Program-made: the position numbers and the translations under genes
Shown: piece after piece, positions 45,819 to 55,412 of the stretch
Layout of the letters: each line of letters begins with the position of its first letter
How positions within the stretch are numbered: position 1 is the first letter of the stretch
The notes under the pieces: model-generated
Told to the model about the DNA's origin: nothing
The model's input: only the letters and a program-made list of their open reading frames with translations
Database searches by the model: none
Assembly (NCBI GenBank): GCA_027021705.1
Contig: JALUTT010000170.1
Location: forward strand, 2,429-66,428
Length of the DNA: 64,000 nucleotides
From: Anaerolineae bacterium
GTDB lineage: Bacteria > Chloroflexota > Anaerolineae > S140-20
Reading direction: 5' to 3'

Positions 45819-48562
45819 AGAAGCACCTCACGGCCCAGCAACTCAGTGACCTGGCGGAGGGATTGGTCTCCCCTGATCACCGGGTCACCCTGGAGGCCCA
45901 CCTGGCTTCCTGCTCCCACTGTCGGGAGGCCCTGGCCGCCCACCAGGCCCTGGTCGAGCAGCTGCGCCGGGGGCTTCCCGCCTATCTGGAGCGGACTCCC
46001 TTGCCTCCCACCCTGCGCTGGGACACGGTGCGCCATCAGCTCCTGAAAGCTGCCTCCCCCAGGTTCGAACTTCAGAGGAGGATCGTGATGTGGAGACGAA
46101 TGCGCGCGGCTGTCGGTAGCCTCGTTGCCTTAACCTTGTTGCTGGGGATGATCCTCGTCCTGAGCGCCATCTTCCGCCCGATGAGCACCACCCTCGCACC
46201 CGGCGAGGAGGGCGCCCCTCCAGGAGCGGTGCTCGAAATGAGCGGCGTCCTGCCCTCTAGTGCGGGGCTCTTCGGTCCTCGATCCGTCACCTTCACAGTG
46301 CGGGCTGCACTGCCGACGGTGCCCGAGAGCGTCCCCCTCTACCGGATGGAGCCCGTCCTGCGGGAGATCACCCCCGACGTACTCCGCCTCTGGGCCGGTC
46401 GCCTGGGGATGGGACCGGTGCAGATCTACCGGGGCGATCTCCCAATGGCCGGGCCCAACAGCCTCACCGGCTTCGACGAAAGGTGGAGATCCCTCACCCT
46501 GGGCGCTGAGGGGACCTTGGTCTTCCAGCGACGCGGTTTCCGGTCGAGTGAGATGACGGGGCTGGCGACTCCTCCCCAAGAAGGGGTGGAAGAGTCCGAA
46601 GCCAGGAGGGTGGCGACCGCCTTCATCACGCCGTTGATCCCCTACTTGGTCACCGTGGAGGGGACGGACTCTCCCCCGTCCGTGGGCTTCTCCCTCACCC
46701 CGCGGGAGGATCTCTCTCCCGCCGACACAGGCGTGTGGGCCTATCAGGTCGAGATCACCTTGGATGGCGTCCCCTTCGCCTCTGAAGCCCCCGGAAACAT
46801 CGTGCTGGTGGGGGCGGATGGCGAGGTGATCACCGCCTTCCTCACCCCGGTTCGCCTCACCCCGGCCGGCAAGCAGGTCGCCCTGCGGCCCATCGAGGAG
46901 ACGCTGCAGGCTTTCCTGCAGGGCGATGCCTCACTGCTGGATGGCAGTAGTTGGCGCGAGAAGCTTCCCTCCGACGCCATGCCTCGTTTCTTCCAACGCC
47001 CCCTCTCCTTCCAAGAGGGAGAGAGGGTCGCCGTGAGCGGATGGGTCCAGCGGCTCTCAGGGGTGGAGGGTGCGCCAGACCTGGTGTTGCTCCACACTGT
47101 CACCAATGGGGGGACTTTCGTCCTGGAGGGAGGGGATCCAGCGCTTTCGTCGGAGAGCGGTCCGGTCCGGGTGGAGGGGACGGTGAGCCGTACCGACGTC
47201 CCTGACGTGTGGCGACTCCGGGTGGAGCGGGTGATGCCGATGGCACCCGAGGAGAAGGGCAGTTGGGATGGGGTGGTGGAGCGGCGGGAAGACGGCCTCT
47301 GGTTGAAGACCTTGGAGGGGCAGCAGTTCCGCCTGCCCGATCCACCGGAAGGGCTGCCCGACGGTGCCCGGGTGTCGGTGATGGGGATGCCGGCCCTGGA
47401 TGACCCCCAGCGTCTGGAGTGGAGCCTCATTGTCCTCCTGCCCGAGGCGGAACTTCCGCCAAGGCGGGCGGTGCAGGTGGAAGCGCCCCCTCCCCCGCCT
47501 CCGCCGTCCCTGCCCACGCCGGCCCCCCTTCCGACGGCCATGGCTACGGAGACCCTCGAAGGGCCGGTGGTCAGCGCTCCTGTCTCCCCCACCGCGCCGC
47601 TGGCGCCATCGCCGGTGGCAGTCCAATCCAGCGAGGTCGTCGTCGTGCCGGTGGTTCCCCTGGCCCCCGGAGCCCCCTCTCCGGAGCCTCCCCCGTGGTG
47701 GGAGCACCAGCCGGGCGACGTGGTGACAGTGGTGGGGCTCCTATCTGTGAACGGCTTTCGCGAACCCGACGGTACCATCCAGGCCTGGGCCAACCTGACC
47801 ATCGAAGGTCCCACGGAGGATGTTCCGAACTTCTTCCTGCCCCTGGCGGGCGAGGACCTGGAGGCCCTAGCCCCTTGGGATGGGCTACACGTGCGGGTGC
47901 GGGGACAAATCCTCACCGAGGAGGAGGCCACGGAGAAGTTGGGCGAGCCCATCCCCGGCTCCGCTGGTCAAGTCCTCTGGATCGAGGAGGCCGAGCCGGC
48001 GTGGCCGGAGGAGACGAAGGACGTCTACACCGGCCCGCTGCGCATCGAGGAGGTGGAGGGCCGAGAGGTGGCCCTGCTGGAGGACACGCTCACTGGCCAG
48101 ACCTTTGCCCTGGCCGGCGGGGAAGGCGACTTGGACCTCTACCGCCGCTACGCAGGGCTGGAGGAGCCCATCGCCATCATCGGCATCCGGGTCCCTCAAG
48201 AGCAGGTAGGAGGCTACCCGGTCCTGCGGATGGCGCGGCTGGGCACCGGCGAGGGGGCGGTGGAGGACCTGCGGCGGCGGTTGACCGATCCATTCGGTCC
48301 ACCCATACCGGCGCCGTCCGGCCCCACCGAGGTGATCATCGAAGAAGTGAAGCTGGCCTACATAGTGCAGAGATTTCATCCAGATCCCTCCAGGGAAGGG
48401 GAACCGGTGGCCTTGCTCACCAAGCCCTTCTACCTCCTCATTGGCCGCTCCCCTGATGGACGGTATCGGGTGACGGTCCGGCTGCGGGCGACGGAGGAGG
48501 CCATTCCTTCGGAAACGCCATCGGTCTTCTTCCTGACGCCCACCACGGTCCCTGGGCCGTAG
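45815..48562 (+). CDS. anti-sigma factor (zf-HC2 N-terminus, single TM, very large extracytoplasmic domain, Pro-rich linker)
   Basis: HLASCSHCREALAAH zinc-finger-like anti-sigma motif. TM AVGSLVALTLLLGMILVLSAIF. ATG overlaps the sigma factor stop (ATGA). Confidence 0.65.
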   Translation: MKKHLTAQQLSDLAEGLVSPDHRVTLEAHLASCSHCREALAAHQALVEQLRRGLPAYLERTPLPPTLRWDTVRHQLLKAASPRFELQRRIVMWRRMRAAVGSLVALTLLLGMILVLSAIFRPMSTTLAPGEEGAPPGAVLEMSGVLPSSAGLFGPRSVTFTVRAALPTVPESVPLYRMEPVLREITPDVLRLWAGRLGMGPVQIYRGDLPMAGPNSLTGFDERWRSLTLGAEGTLVFQRRGFRSSEMTGLATPPQEGVEESEARRVATAFITPLIPYLVTVEGTDSPPSVGFSLTPREDLSPADTGVWAYQVEITLDGVPFASEAPGNIVLVGADGEVITAFLTPVRLTPAGKQVALRPIEETLQAFLQGDASLLDGSSWREKLPSDAMPRFFQRPLSFQEGERVAVSGWVQRLSGVEGAPDLVLLHTVTNGGTFVLEGGDPALSSESGPVRVEGTVSRTDVPDVWRLRVERVMPMAPEEKGSWDGVVERREDGLWLKTLEGQQFRLPDPPEGLPDGARVSVMGMPALDDPQRLEWSLIVLLPEAELPPRRAVQVEAPPPPPPPSLPTPAPLPTAMATETLEGPVVSAPVSPTAPLAPSPVAVQSSEVVVVPVVPLAPGAPSPEPPPWWEHQPGDVVTVVGLLSVNGFREPDGTIQAWANLTIEGPTEDVPNFFLPLAGEDLEALAPWDGLHVRVRGQILTEEEATEKLGEPIPGSAGQVLWIEEAEPAWPEETKDVYTGPLRIEEVEGREVALLEDTLTGQTFALAGGEGDLDLYRRYAGLEEPIAIIGIRVPQEQVGGYPVLRMARLGTGEGAVEDLRRRLTDPFGPPIPAPSGPTEVIIEEVKLAYIVQRFHPDPSREGEPVALLTKPFYLLIGRSPDGRYRVTVRLRATEEAIPSETPSVFFLTPTTVPGP

Positions 48563-48624
48563 CGTGCGGTAGTAGGAGGGCCTTCCCAGCCGCTGGCGGC
48601 CGAGGAAAGCCACCCTACCTCATT

Positions 48625-48745
48625 AGTAACTGTTCACCCTCCCGCAGGTTAGGCGCGTTTTCGACGCGAAACCGTGCTTCCAATAGCCCATCGGGGCTGA
48701 AAGCGCCCTCGACCGGTGACCTGCGGGAGGGTGGGCTGGACAGCA
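48625..48745. repeat. copy 4 of MITE/REP-like element (inverted orientation)
   Basis: Reverse complement of copies 1 and 2. Immediately downstream of the anti-sigma factor gene. Confidence 0.85.
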
Positions 48746-48905
48746 GCCCGTTTTTAAAACGGACTGCTGTCAGGGGATTGAACGGAGAGGAGTGCTCCCG
48801 TAGAGGGCGATCCAGCCGGTCCGAATCCCCTTGGTCAGAATCCCCTTGATGGAGTACCAGTCCCTCCCCCCGGTGATGACCCATATCTTTGGAGATAGGG
48901 AGACG

Positions 48906-48982
48906 AGCCGTCCACGAATGGGGCACGAGTACACGAATTAAGGACCACCTCATTCGTGCATTTGTGAGAAATTCGTGGACGG
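48906..48982. promoter_or_regulatory. nested inverted repeats with four CACGAAT/ATTCGTG half-sites (candidate operator array or RNA structure)
   Basis: gccgtccacgaat ... cacgaat ... attcgtg ... attcgtggacggc. Outer 13-bp arms are perfect. Confidence 0.45.
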
Positions 48983-49036
48983 CCTGCTACGGACCACCCT
49001 CTCGCTCGCTTGGGGGTAATCACCGGCCTCCCCGAC

Positions 49037-49065
49037 TTGACAAAATCGCCCTTTTCGGCTATAGT
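49037..49065 (+). promoter_or_regulatory. consensus sigma-70-type promoter (TTGACA-17-TATAGT)
   Basis: ttgaca at 49037-49042, a 17-nt spacer, then tatagt at 49060-49065. Confidence 0.55.
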
Positions 49066-49356
49066 TCCGGCGCTTCGGGCTGTCCTCTGTCTACTTCCTC
49101 AAGAGCGAGTCGAGCTGTCGAATCCTTCTTTGCTGCACTACTTCCACCGGATAGGCCCTCCGGCTGGTCAGGTAGGTTGCGGAATTCCCCTGAGGAGAGA
49201 AAAGGCGCGCAAGGGTCTCTTCTGCCATCGCGTGCTGGAGGTGTCCGGTGGCTAGAGGGTAGCCCTGGCTAGACCGACAGGCTACACCCACCATAAGCTT
49301 GTCCGGGGGCGTGAGCTCACTCCTGCCGGACAGGTCCAATCTCAGGAGGTGCGCCT

Positions 49357-49866
49357 TTGGTCAGAGCGTTAACAAACAAAAGGATGGGACTGGTGCTTCT
49401 GGTGCTGGCCTTGTGGGCAGCGGCCGGCTGTGCCCAAGTGGAGGTGGTGGAGCGCTCCTCTTCCTCGCAGGGTGCCAACGGCCTCTTAAACCAGTCGGTG
49501 GTGCTGCACAACTTGGCCGTCCAATCCATTGCTTTTGAGCCTCCCCTGGATGAGATCGGCCAGGCGGCCTTGCGCCATGGTGTGGACTTACAGGTCCGCA
49601 TCATCAACACGGGCCTGACCCAGGAGCGCGATGTGCGGGTAGAGGTCCAGCTCAGCCTGGCCAGCGGCGAATCATTGGGGAGTCAGGAGGCACCCATCGA
49701 GCTCCTCAAGCCGGGCCAATCCCGGACGGTCCGCTTCCGGGTCAACGGGATCCTGCCCCAATACCCCCACTACGTCCTCACCGTCCGGGTTGCCCCCTCG
49801 CCAGGCGAGCAATTCACACAAGACAATGAAAAGGTCTACGACCTCTACGTGGAGACGAAGCCCTAG
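49357..49866 (+). CDS. putative lipoprotein with CARDB-like beta-sandwich domain
   Basis: TTG start 7 nt after AGGAGG. Signal peptide with lipobox LWAAAGC. Alternative ATG at 49384. Confidence 0.4.
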   Translation: MVRALTNKRMGLVLLVLALWAAAGCAQVEVVERSSSSQGANGLLNQSVVLHNLAVQSIAFEPPLDEIGQAALRHGVDLQVRIINTGLTQERDVRVEVQLSLASGESLGSQEAPIELLKPGQSRTVRFRVNGILPQYPHYVLTVRVAPSPGEQFTQDNEKVYDLYVETKP

Positions 49867-49906
49867 CGCCGCTGCACCAAACCGGTCTGGACGTTTCAGA
49901 AAAGAC

Positions 49907-49930
49907 CGCCTCAGGCATTGCCTGAGGCGG
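49907..49930. terminator. bidirectional hairpin terminator between convergent genes
   Basis: ccgcctcagg-cattg-cctgaggcgg, a perfect 10-bp stem flanked by A-rich and T-containing tracts. Confidence 0.5.
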
Positions 49931-50040
49931 CTATTGTCCTTCCTGCGTCCAGCCTCATCTCTTCCCAGAGTTCGAGGCCTTCGCGATGAAAGCCTCCTTT
50001 GGCACTTTTCCTCATCCTCTACACGTTCTGGCAACCCCCT

Positions 50041-50271
50041 CTAACGGCGGGGCGAGCAGGTGGCACAGGCGGCCGATGGTGTGCAACCGCCACATCCGCC
50101 GCTGCCGGCGACCGCCCGTCCCTCGGCGTGGGCGGCAAAGAGGGAGATCATTCGATGAGTCTCCCGGGAGCCGCAGGACGGGCAGGGAAGCGGTGCATCG
50201 GCCTGAGACTTGGGGCGTAAGGTCTCGAAACGGGTCCGGCAATTCTCACAGAAGTACTCATAGATTGGCAT
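50041..50271 (-). CDS. FmdB-family zinc-ribbon protein
   Basis: MPIYEYFCENC...CPSCGS architecture characteristic of the FmdB/Zn-ribbon_8 family. Confidence 0.6.
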   Translation of the reverse strand: MPIYEYFCENCRTRFETLRPKSQADAPLPCPSCGSRETHRMISLFAAHAEGRAVAGSGGCGGCTPSAACATCSPRR

Positions 50272-50345
50272 CTTCCTCCCTCCTGAGAAACCACCCGGCA
50301 GGCCGGCAGGGCCAGCCTCCGCGCCAGCCGGTGGACTCAGTGTGC

Positions 50346-51524
50346 TCAGATCAATCCCATCTCTCTTCCAACCCTCTCGAAAACGTCCAGCACGAAGTCC
50401 AACTGTTCGTCGGTATGGGTCGCCATGTAGCTGGTGCGCAGGAGGGATTTGTTGGGGGGGACGCCCGGCGGGATGACGGCGTTGACGTAGACCCCTTCCT
50501 CGTAGAGGCGCTTCCAGGTCATCAGGGTGCGCATATCGTCGCCGATGATGATGGGGATGATGGGCGTCTGGCTTTCGCCCACGTTGTAACCCATCGCCCG
50601 GTAAGCCTGGCGCATCCGGTCGCCGATGGCGTTGACCCGCTCGATTCGCTCCGGCTCTTCCTGCATCACCTCCAGGGCGGCCAGCACAGCGGCCACATTG
50701 GAGGGAGGCATGCTGGCGCTGAAGATGAGGGAGCGGGCGTGGTGTTGGATGTAGTGGATCACCGCTTCATCCCCGGCGATGAAGCCGCCCAGCGAGGCGA
50801 AAGACTTGCTGAAGGTGCCCATGATCAGGTCCACATCCTCGGTGACACCAAAGTGAGCCGCCGTGCCACGCCCACCTCCCAGCACCCCGATGGAGTGGGC
50901 ATCGTCCACCATCAGCCGGGCGTTGTACTTCTTGCCCAGGGCGATGATCTCCGGCAAGGGGGCCAGATCCCCTCCCATGCTGTAGACCCCGTCCACGACG
51001 ATCAGCTTGCCCGCCTCGTGGGGCAGGGAGGAGAGCACCCGTTCCAGATCCGCCATATCGTTGTGGCGGAAGCGCTTCATCGTCCCCATCGCCAGCCGAC
51101 AGCCGTCAATGATGCTGGCATGGTCTTCCTTATCGGTGATCACGTACTCGCCCTTGCCCACCAGGGCGGAGATAGTGCCCAGGTTGACCTGGAAGCCGGT
51201 GCTGAAGACCAGGGCGGCCTCCTTGTTTACGTACTCGGCCAGGCGGCGCTCCAGCTCCCGATGCATCTCCAGCGTACCGTTGAGGAAGCGAGAGCCGGTG
51301 CAACTGGTCCCAAATTGCTCCACCGCTCGAATGGCCGCCTGACGGACCTTGGGGTGGGTGGTCAACCCCAGGTAGTTGTTGGAACCGATCATCACCAGGC
51401 GGTGATCTCCATCGTAGACCACCGTTCCCTCGCTCTCGGAGAAGGGGATGAAGTAGGGGTAGAGGCCGGCCGCTTGGGCCATTCGGGCCTCGGTGAACTG
51501 ATGGCATTTGTCGAACAGGTCCAT
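50346..51524 (-). CDS. PLP-dependent alpha-oxoamine synthase (8-amino-7-oxononanoate synthase / 2-amino-3-ketobutyrate CoA ligase / serine palmitoyltransferase family)
   Basis: 392 aa. GSNNYLGL, a PLP-Lys region (GTFSKSFAS) and family-typical spacing. Confidence 0.75.
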   Translation of the reverse strand: MDLFDKCHQFTEARMAQAAGLYPYFIPFSESEGTVVYDGDHRLVMIGSNNYLGLTTHPKVRQAAIRAVEQFGTSCTGSRFLNGTLEMHRELERRLAEYVNKEAALVFSTGFQVNLGTISALVGKGEYVITDKEDHASIIDGCRLAMGTMKRFRHNDMADLERVLSSLPHEAGKLIVVDGVYSMGGDLAPLPEIIALGKKYNARLMVDDAHSIGVLGGGRGTAAHFGVTEDVDLIMGTFSKSFASLGGFIAGDEAVIHYIQHHARSLIFSASMPPSNVAAVLAALEVMQEEPERIERVNAIGDRMRQAYRAMGYNVGESQTPIIPIIIGDDMRTLMTWKRLYEEGVYVNAVIPPGVPPNKSLLRTSYMATHTDEQLDFVLDVFERVGREMGLI

Positions 51525-51621
51525 CGGGAGCTCCCTCCTTACACTGGTCGCCGGTGGCAGATAACCCGACCGGTGCGCCCTGGGGACGCCCTGCTATCCG
51601 ACCAGGGATTGTACTGAGGTT

Positions 51622-51635
51622 TTGACGTTTGTCAA
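51622..51635. promoter_or_regulatory. FNR/FixK-type box TTGAC-N4-GTCAA (TTGA-N6-TCAA)
   Basis: Perfect palindrome ttgacgtttgtcaa in the divergent intergenic region. Confidence 0.5.
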
Positions 51636-51836
51636 GGTGGGGAGCAACGCGGTAGCGGAGTGGTGAGGCGGCGGGGCGATGAGGCAACGGGGCAGTGAAC
51701 CGGTGGGGGAGGAGGAAATGAGGCAACGAGGGATGAGGAAAGAGGTAAGGCGGCTTTCCCTAGCTGCCCGAAACTTGGGGGGGATCGCCGGAGAGAACAA
51801 CGAGGCGACGAGGGATGAGGCGATTAGGGGAGAGCG

Positions 51837-52832
51837 ATGGAGCAACAAGCGATGAAGGTGTCGGCGGGGCGTGGGGAACCGGGGGATTCCCGGGAGCCCG
51901 GTGCGGAGGCCGCCATTGTCCTGGAAGGGCTGCGCAAAGTCTACGGGCGCAAGGTGGCCGTCAGCCGCCTCACGCTCCGGGTGGAGCGGGGGGAGGTCTT
52001 CGGCTTTCTGGGGCCGAATGGAGCTGGGAAGACGACGGCGATCAAGATGATGCTGGGGCTGGTGCACCCCACGGCCGGTCGGGGCTGGCTGCTGGGCCGG
52101 CCCCTGGGCGACTGGCGGGTCCGGGAGCGGATCGGCTTCCTGCCTGAGGACTTCCGCTTTCACCCGTGGTTACGGGCTGCCGAGTTCCTCGACGTCCACG
52201 GTCAGCTCTACGGCATGCCGGCCCAGGAGCGGCGACGGCGTATCCCGGAGCTGCTGGAACTGGTCGGGCTGGCCGACGAAGCCCGCACCCGTCTGGCCCA
52301 CTTCTCCAAGGGTATGTTGCAGCGGATCGGCCTGGCCCAGGCCTTGCTCAACCGCCCCGATCTGGTCTTCCTCGACGAGCCGACCTCAGGGTTAGACCCC
52401 CTGGGGCGGCTGTTGGTGCGCGACGTGATCCGCCATCTGCGTGAAGAGGGGACCACCGTCTTCCTCAACTCCCACCTCCTGAGCGAGGTCGAGGTGACCT
52501 GCGATCGAGTGGGCTTCATCAAGGCGGGAGAACTGGTCCGCGTCGCCGACCTGCGCCGTCTGGTGGAGGGCGAGACCGAAGTGGAGCTGCGGGTTGGCGA
52601 GGGGGAGGCGACACCCGCCCTCCTGGAGGGGCTGCGCCGCCTGGGGGCCTGGAAGGTCCAGGCTCACGACCGCCGGGTGACGATGACGGTGGACCGGGAG
52701 GAGAAGTTGCCGGAGATCGCCCGCTGGGTCCTCAGCCAGGGCGTCCACCTCTACGCTCTGACACCTCGCCGCCTCTCACTGGAAGACCTCTTCGTCCGCA
52801 TCGTCCAGGATCAACAGGAGGGAGCGCGATGA
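51837..52832 (+). CDS. ABC transporter ATP-binding protein (ABC-2/DrrA-like)
   Basis: Walker A GPNGAGKTT, signature LSKGMLQR and Walker B LVFLDEP. C-terminal extension. Confidence 0.8.
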   Translation: MEQQAMKVSAGRGEPGDSREPGAEAAIVLEGLRKVYGRKVAVSRLTLRVERGEVFGFLGPNGAGKTTAIKMMLGLVHPTAGRGWLLGRPLGDWRVRERIGFLPEDFRFHPWLRAAEFLDVHGQLYGMPAQERRRRIPELLELVGLADEARTRLAHFSKGMLQRIGLAQALLNRPDLVFLDEPTSGLDPLGRLLVRDVIRHLREEGTTVFLNSHLLSEVEVTCDRVGFIKAGELVRVADLRRLVEGETEVELRVGEGEATPALLEGLRRLGAWKVQAHDRRVTMTVDREEKLPEIARWVLSQGVHLYALTPRRLSLEDLFVRIVQDQQEGAR

Positions 52833-53683
52833 AGCTCTGGGGCATTGCCCGGTTCACCTTTCGGGAGGCCCGTCGTCGCCGGCTCCTCTGGGTGGGGCTG
52901 GGGCTGGGCATCCTCTTCTTGGGCCTCTTCGCCCTGGGGTTCTCGCTCATCTATCGGGAGATGCAGGCGGATATTGGACGCAGCCCGACCGCCCAGGCGA
53001 TGGTCGAGTTCGCCGTGGGCCAGTTCGAGATGGCTGCTCTCTTCGTCATCAACTTCCTCATCGTCCTGACGGCCATCCTGACAACTATCACCGCGCTGCC
53101 GAGCGAGATCAACTCCCACACCATCTACGCCGTGGTCACCAAGCCGGTGCGCCGTTGGGAGGTGTTGCTGGGCAAGTGGCTGGGCCACGCGATGATGCTG
53201 ACCGCCTACGTGCTGTTGCTGGCCGGCGGCGTGATGCTCATCGTCTACGTCATCGCGGGCTACGTGCCCCGCCATCCCATCCGTGGCCTGGCCCTCCTGG
53301 TCCTGGAGGGATTGGTGCTGACCAGCCTGACCTTCCTCGGCGGGACACGTCTCTCCAGCTTGGTCAACGGCGTCGTCGTCTTCATGCTCTACGGTCTCGC
53401 CTTCATCGGTGGGTGGGTGGAGCAGTTTGGTAGTCTGCTGGGCAACCAGACGGCGGTGCAGCTGGGCCACCTGCCGGCCATCGTGATGCCCAGCGAAGCT
53501 CTCTGGCGGCTGGCCTCTCACATGATGAGCCCGCCGCCTCCGTTGGGGGTGGGCTTCACGCCGGGCGGGTCCCTCTTCGCCTTTGGACGACCACCGGCGG
53601 CCTCTACAGCCCGCTACGGGTTGATCTACGTTGTCGTCGTACTTTTCTTGGCCATCCTCTCCTTTCGCCGACGGGACCTGTGA
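52829..53683 (+). CDS. ABC-2 family transporter permease
   Basis: Six predicted TM helices. Start overlaps the ATPase stop (ATGA). Confidence 0.6.
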   Translation: MKLWGIARFTFREARRRRLLWVGLGLGILFLGLFALGFSLIYREMQADIGRSPTAQAMVEFAVGQFEMAALFVINFLIVLTAILTTITALPSEINSHTIYAVVTKPVRRWEVLLGKWLGHAMMLTAYVLLLAGGVMLIVYVIAGYVPRHPIRGLALLVLEGLVLTSLTFLGGTRLSSLVNGVVVFMLYGLAFIGGWVEQFGSLLGNQTAVQLGHLPAIVMPSEALWRLASHMMSPPPPLGVGFTPGGSLFAFGRPPAASTARYGLIYVVVVLFLAILSFRRRDL

Positions 53684-54049
53684 GACCAGAGCCCCGCGCC
53701 CTGGTATTTCCCCCCACGCTCCCCTTCCCATTTCCCCCAACGCACTCTCTCCGAGATCCCCACAACTTAGGATATGTTGCCATAGGGCTCAGTGCTCAAG
53801 CAAGACCCAGATTCCCGGGGTCTCCGCGCGGCGATCCTCCCTTTGGGATGCCCCCGACGAGGCGAGCACGTTGCCTCTCAGAGAGCCCTGTGTTCCGCCA
53901 GCCATAGCGTGGCCTGTGGAGAGGTGGTGAGCGGTCGGGCGGTTGGCGAATGGGGTGGAAACCCACCAATCTTCCCTTGTCTCCCCTGTAGATACGATGG
54001 ATATGGGGGTAGACCCCCACTGGATAATGGGTAATTCTACCCACAAAAA

Positions 54050-54086
54050 GTGACATCCATCACAATGCAGTGGTGACATCCCTCAC
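54050..54086 (+). promoter_or_regulatory. two tandem CRP/FNR-family boxes (GTGACATCCATCAC and GTGACATCCCTCAC) at class-II position relative to a TATACT -10
   Basis: GTGA-N6-TCAC at 54050-54063 and 54073-54086. tatact at 54110-54115. No -35 at proper spacing. Confidence 0.55.
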
Positions 54087-54167
54087 TATCCCTTGGTCCG
54101 GCTATCCTCTATACTGGGCCTTGAGGCGCCACCCCAGGCCCGTTACCTGTAGCAGGAGGAGCGTGTT

Positions 54168-55412
54168 ATGAGACGTCAGGGGCTGTTCATCCTTGGGGCG
54201 TTGTTGTTGATGGCGCTCCTGGTCGTAGCCTGTGCCGGCCCTCAGGGACCCGAGGGACCGCCCGGTCCGGCAGGACCGCCGGGGCCGGAAGGGCCTCAGG
54301 GTCCTCCAGGCCCCCAAGGCCCTCCAGGGCCTCAAGGACCGCCAGGGCCACAGGGACCACCAGGAGAGGCCGCCGCTGCCGAATACGTCGGGAGCGACGT
54401 TTGCGCTTCGTGCCATGAGGAGATTTATGATGTCTTTATAAAGTCGGGCCACGCCTGGAAGCTGAATCCGGTCGTGGACGGCAAGCCCCCGGAGTACCCC
54501 TTCACCGAGGTCCCAGAGCCGCCGGAAGGCTACACCTGGGATGACATCGCTTACGTCATCGGGGGCTACAACTGGAAAGCCCGGTTTATTGACAAAAACG
54601 GTTACATCATCACCGGCCCCGACGAGAATGCCACGACCCAGTACAACTTCGCCAATCCCGAGGTGGGCAAGGAGGCCGGCTGGGTGGCCTACCATCCCGG
54701 CCAGGAGAAGCCCTACAATTGCGGGCCCTGCCACACCACCGGTTACAAGCCGGAGGGCCACCAGGACGGCCTGGAAGGGATCGTCGGCACCTGGGCGGAG
54801 CCGGGCATCAAGTGCGAGCGGTGCCATGGCCCAGGCAGCCTGCACGTTGCCAACCCCTATACCGTGCGCATGGTCGTGGACCGCGATTCCGAGCAGTGTG
54901 GTGAATGCCATCTGCGGGGCTCGCCCGAAGCGGTCAACGCCAAAGGTGGCTTCATCCAGCACCACGAGCAATACGAGGAGCTCTTCCAGAGCAAGCATAT
55001 CACCCTGCGGTGCGTGATCTGCCACGACCCCCACGCCGGAGTGGTGCAACTGCGCAAAGCGGGCGAGCAGACCACACGCACCCAGTGTGAGAACTGTCAC
55101 TTCCAGGAGGCCAAGTACCAGAACTCCGAGGTACACAAGGCCGTGGGGGTGACCTGTATTGACTGCCATATGCCGCGCATCGTCAAGAGTGCCTGGGGAG
55201 ACGCCGAGAAGTTCACGGGGGACATCCGCACCCATATGATGGCCATTGACCCGGATCAGATCGAGCAGTTCACCGAAGATGGCAAGACGGCGCTGTCGCA
55301 GATCGGGCTGAACTTCGCCTGCCGCCATTGCCACGTCGAAGGGGGGAAGGCGACCCCGAAGACCGACGATGAACTGCGCGAGAGGGCAACAGGCTATCAC
55401 GCCCGGCCTTAG
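54168..55412 (+). CDS. octahaem c-type cytochrome lipoprotein with N-terminal collagen-like (Gly-Pro-X)15 tether
   Basis: Lipobox LLVVAC. 15 consecutive G-P-X triplets. Eight CxxCH motifs (CASCH, CGPCH, CERCH, CGECH, CVICH, CENCH, CIDCH, CRHCH). Confidence 0.8.
   Translation: MRRQGLFILGALLLMALLVVACAGPQGPEGPPGPAGPPGPEGPQGPPGPQGPPGPQGPPGPQGPPGEAAAAEYVGSDVCASCHEEIYDVFIKSGHAWKLNPVVDGKPPEYPFTEVPEPPEGYTWDDIAYVIGGYNWKARFIDKNGYIITGPDENATTQYNFANPEVGKEAGWVAYHPGQEKPYNCGPCHTTGYKPEGHQDGLEGIVGTWAEPGIKCERCHGPGSLHVANPYTVRMVVDRDSEQCGECHLRGSPEAVNAKGGFIQHHEQYEELFQSKHITLRCVICHDPHAGVVQLRKAGEQTTRTQCENCHFQEAKYQNSEVHKAVGVTCIDCHMPRIVKSAWGDAEKFTGDIRTHMMAIDPDQIEQFTEDGKTALSQIGLNFACRHCHVEGGKATPKTDDELRERATGYHARP

Noticed and set aside
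48746-49356. RNase P RNA, tmRNA, 6S or SRP RNA in the large non-coding region
   Set aside because: Could not find the diagnostic motifs by eye (GGAAAGTCCGGGCTCC / ACAGAACCCGGCTTA for RNase P, a tRNA-like 3' end for tmRNA, the GGAA/AGCAGC domain IV for SRP). Left as an unclassified candidate RNA or regulatory region.
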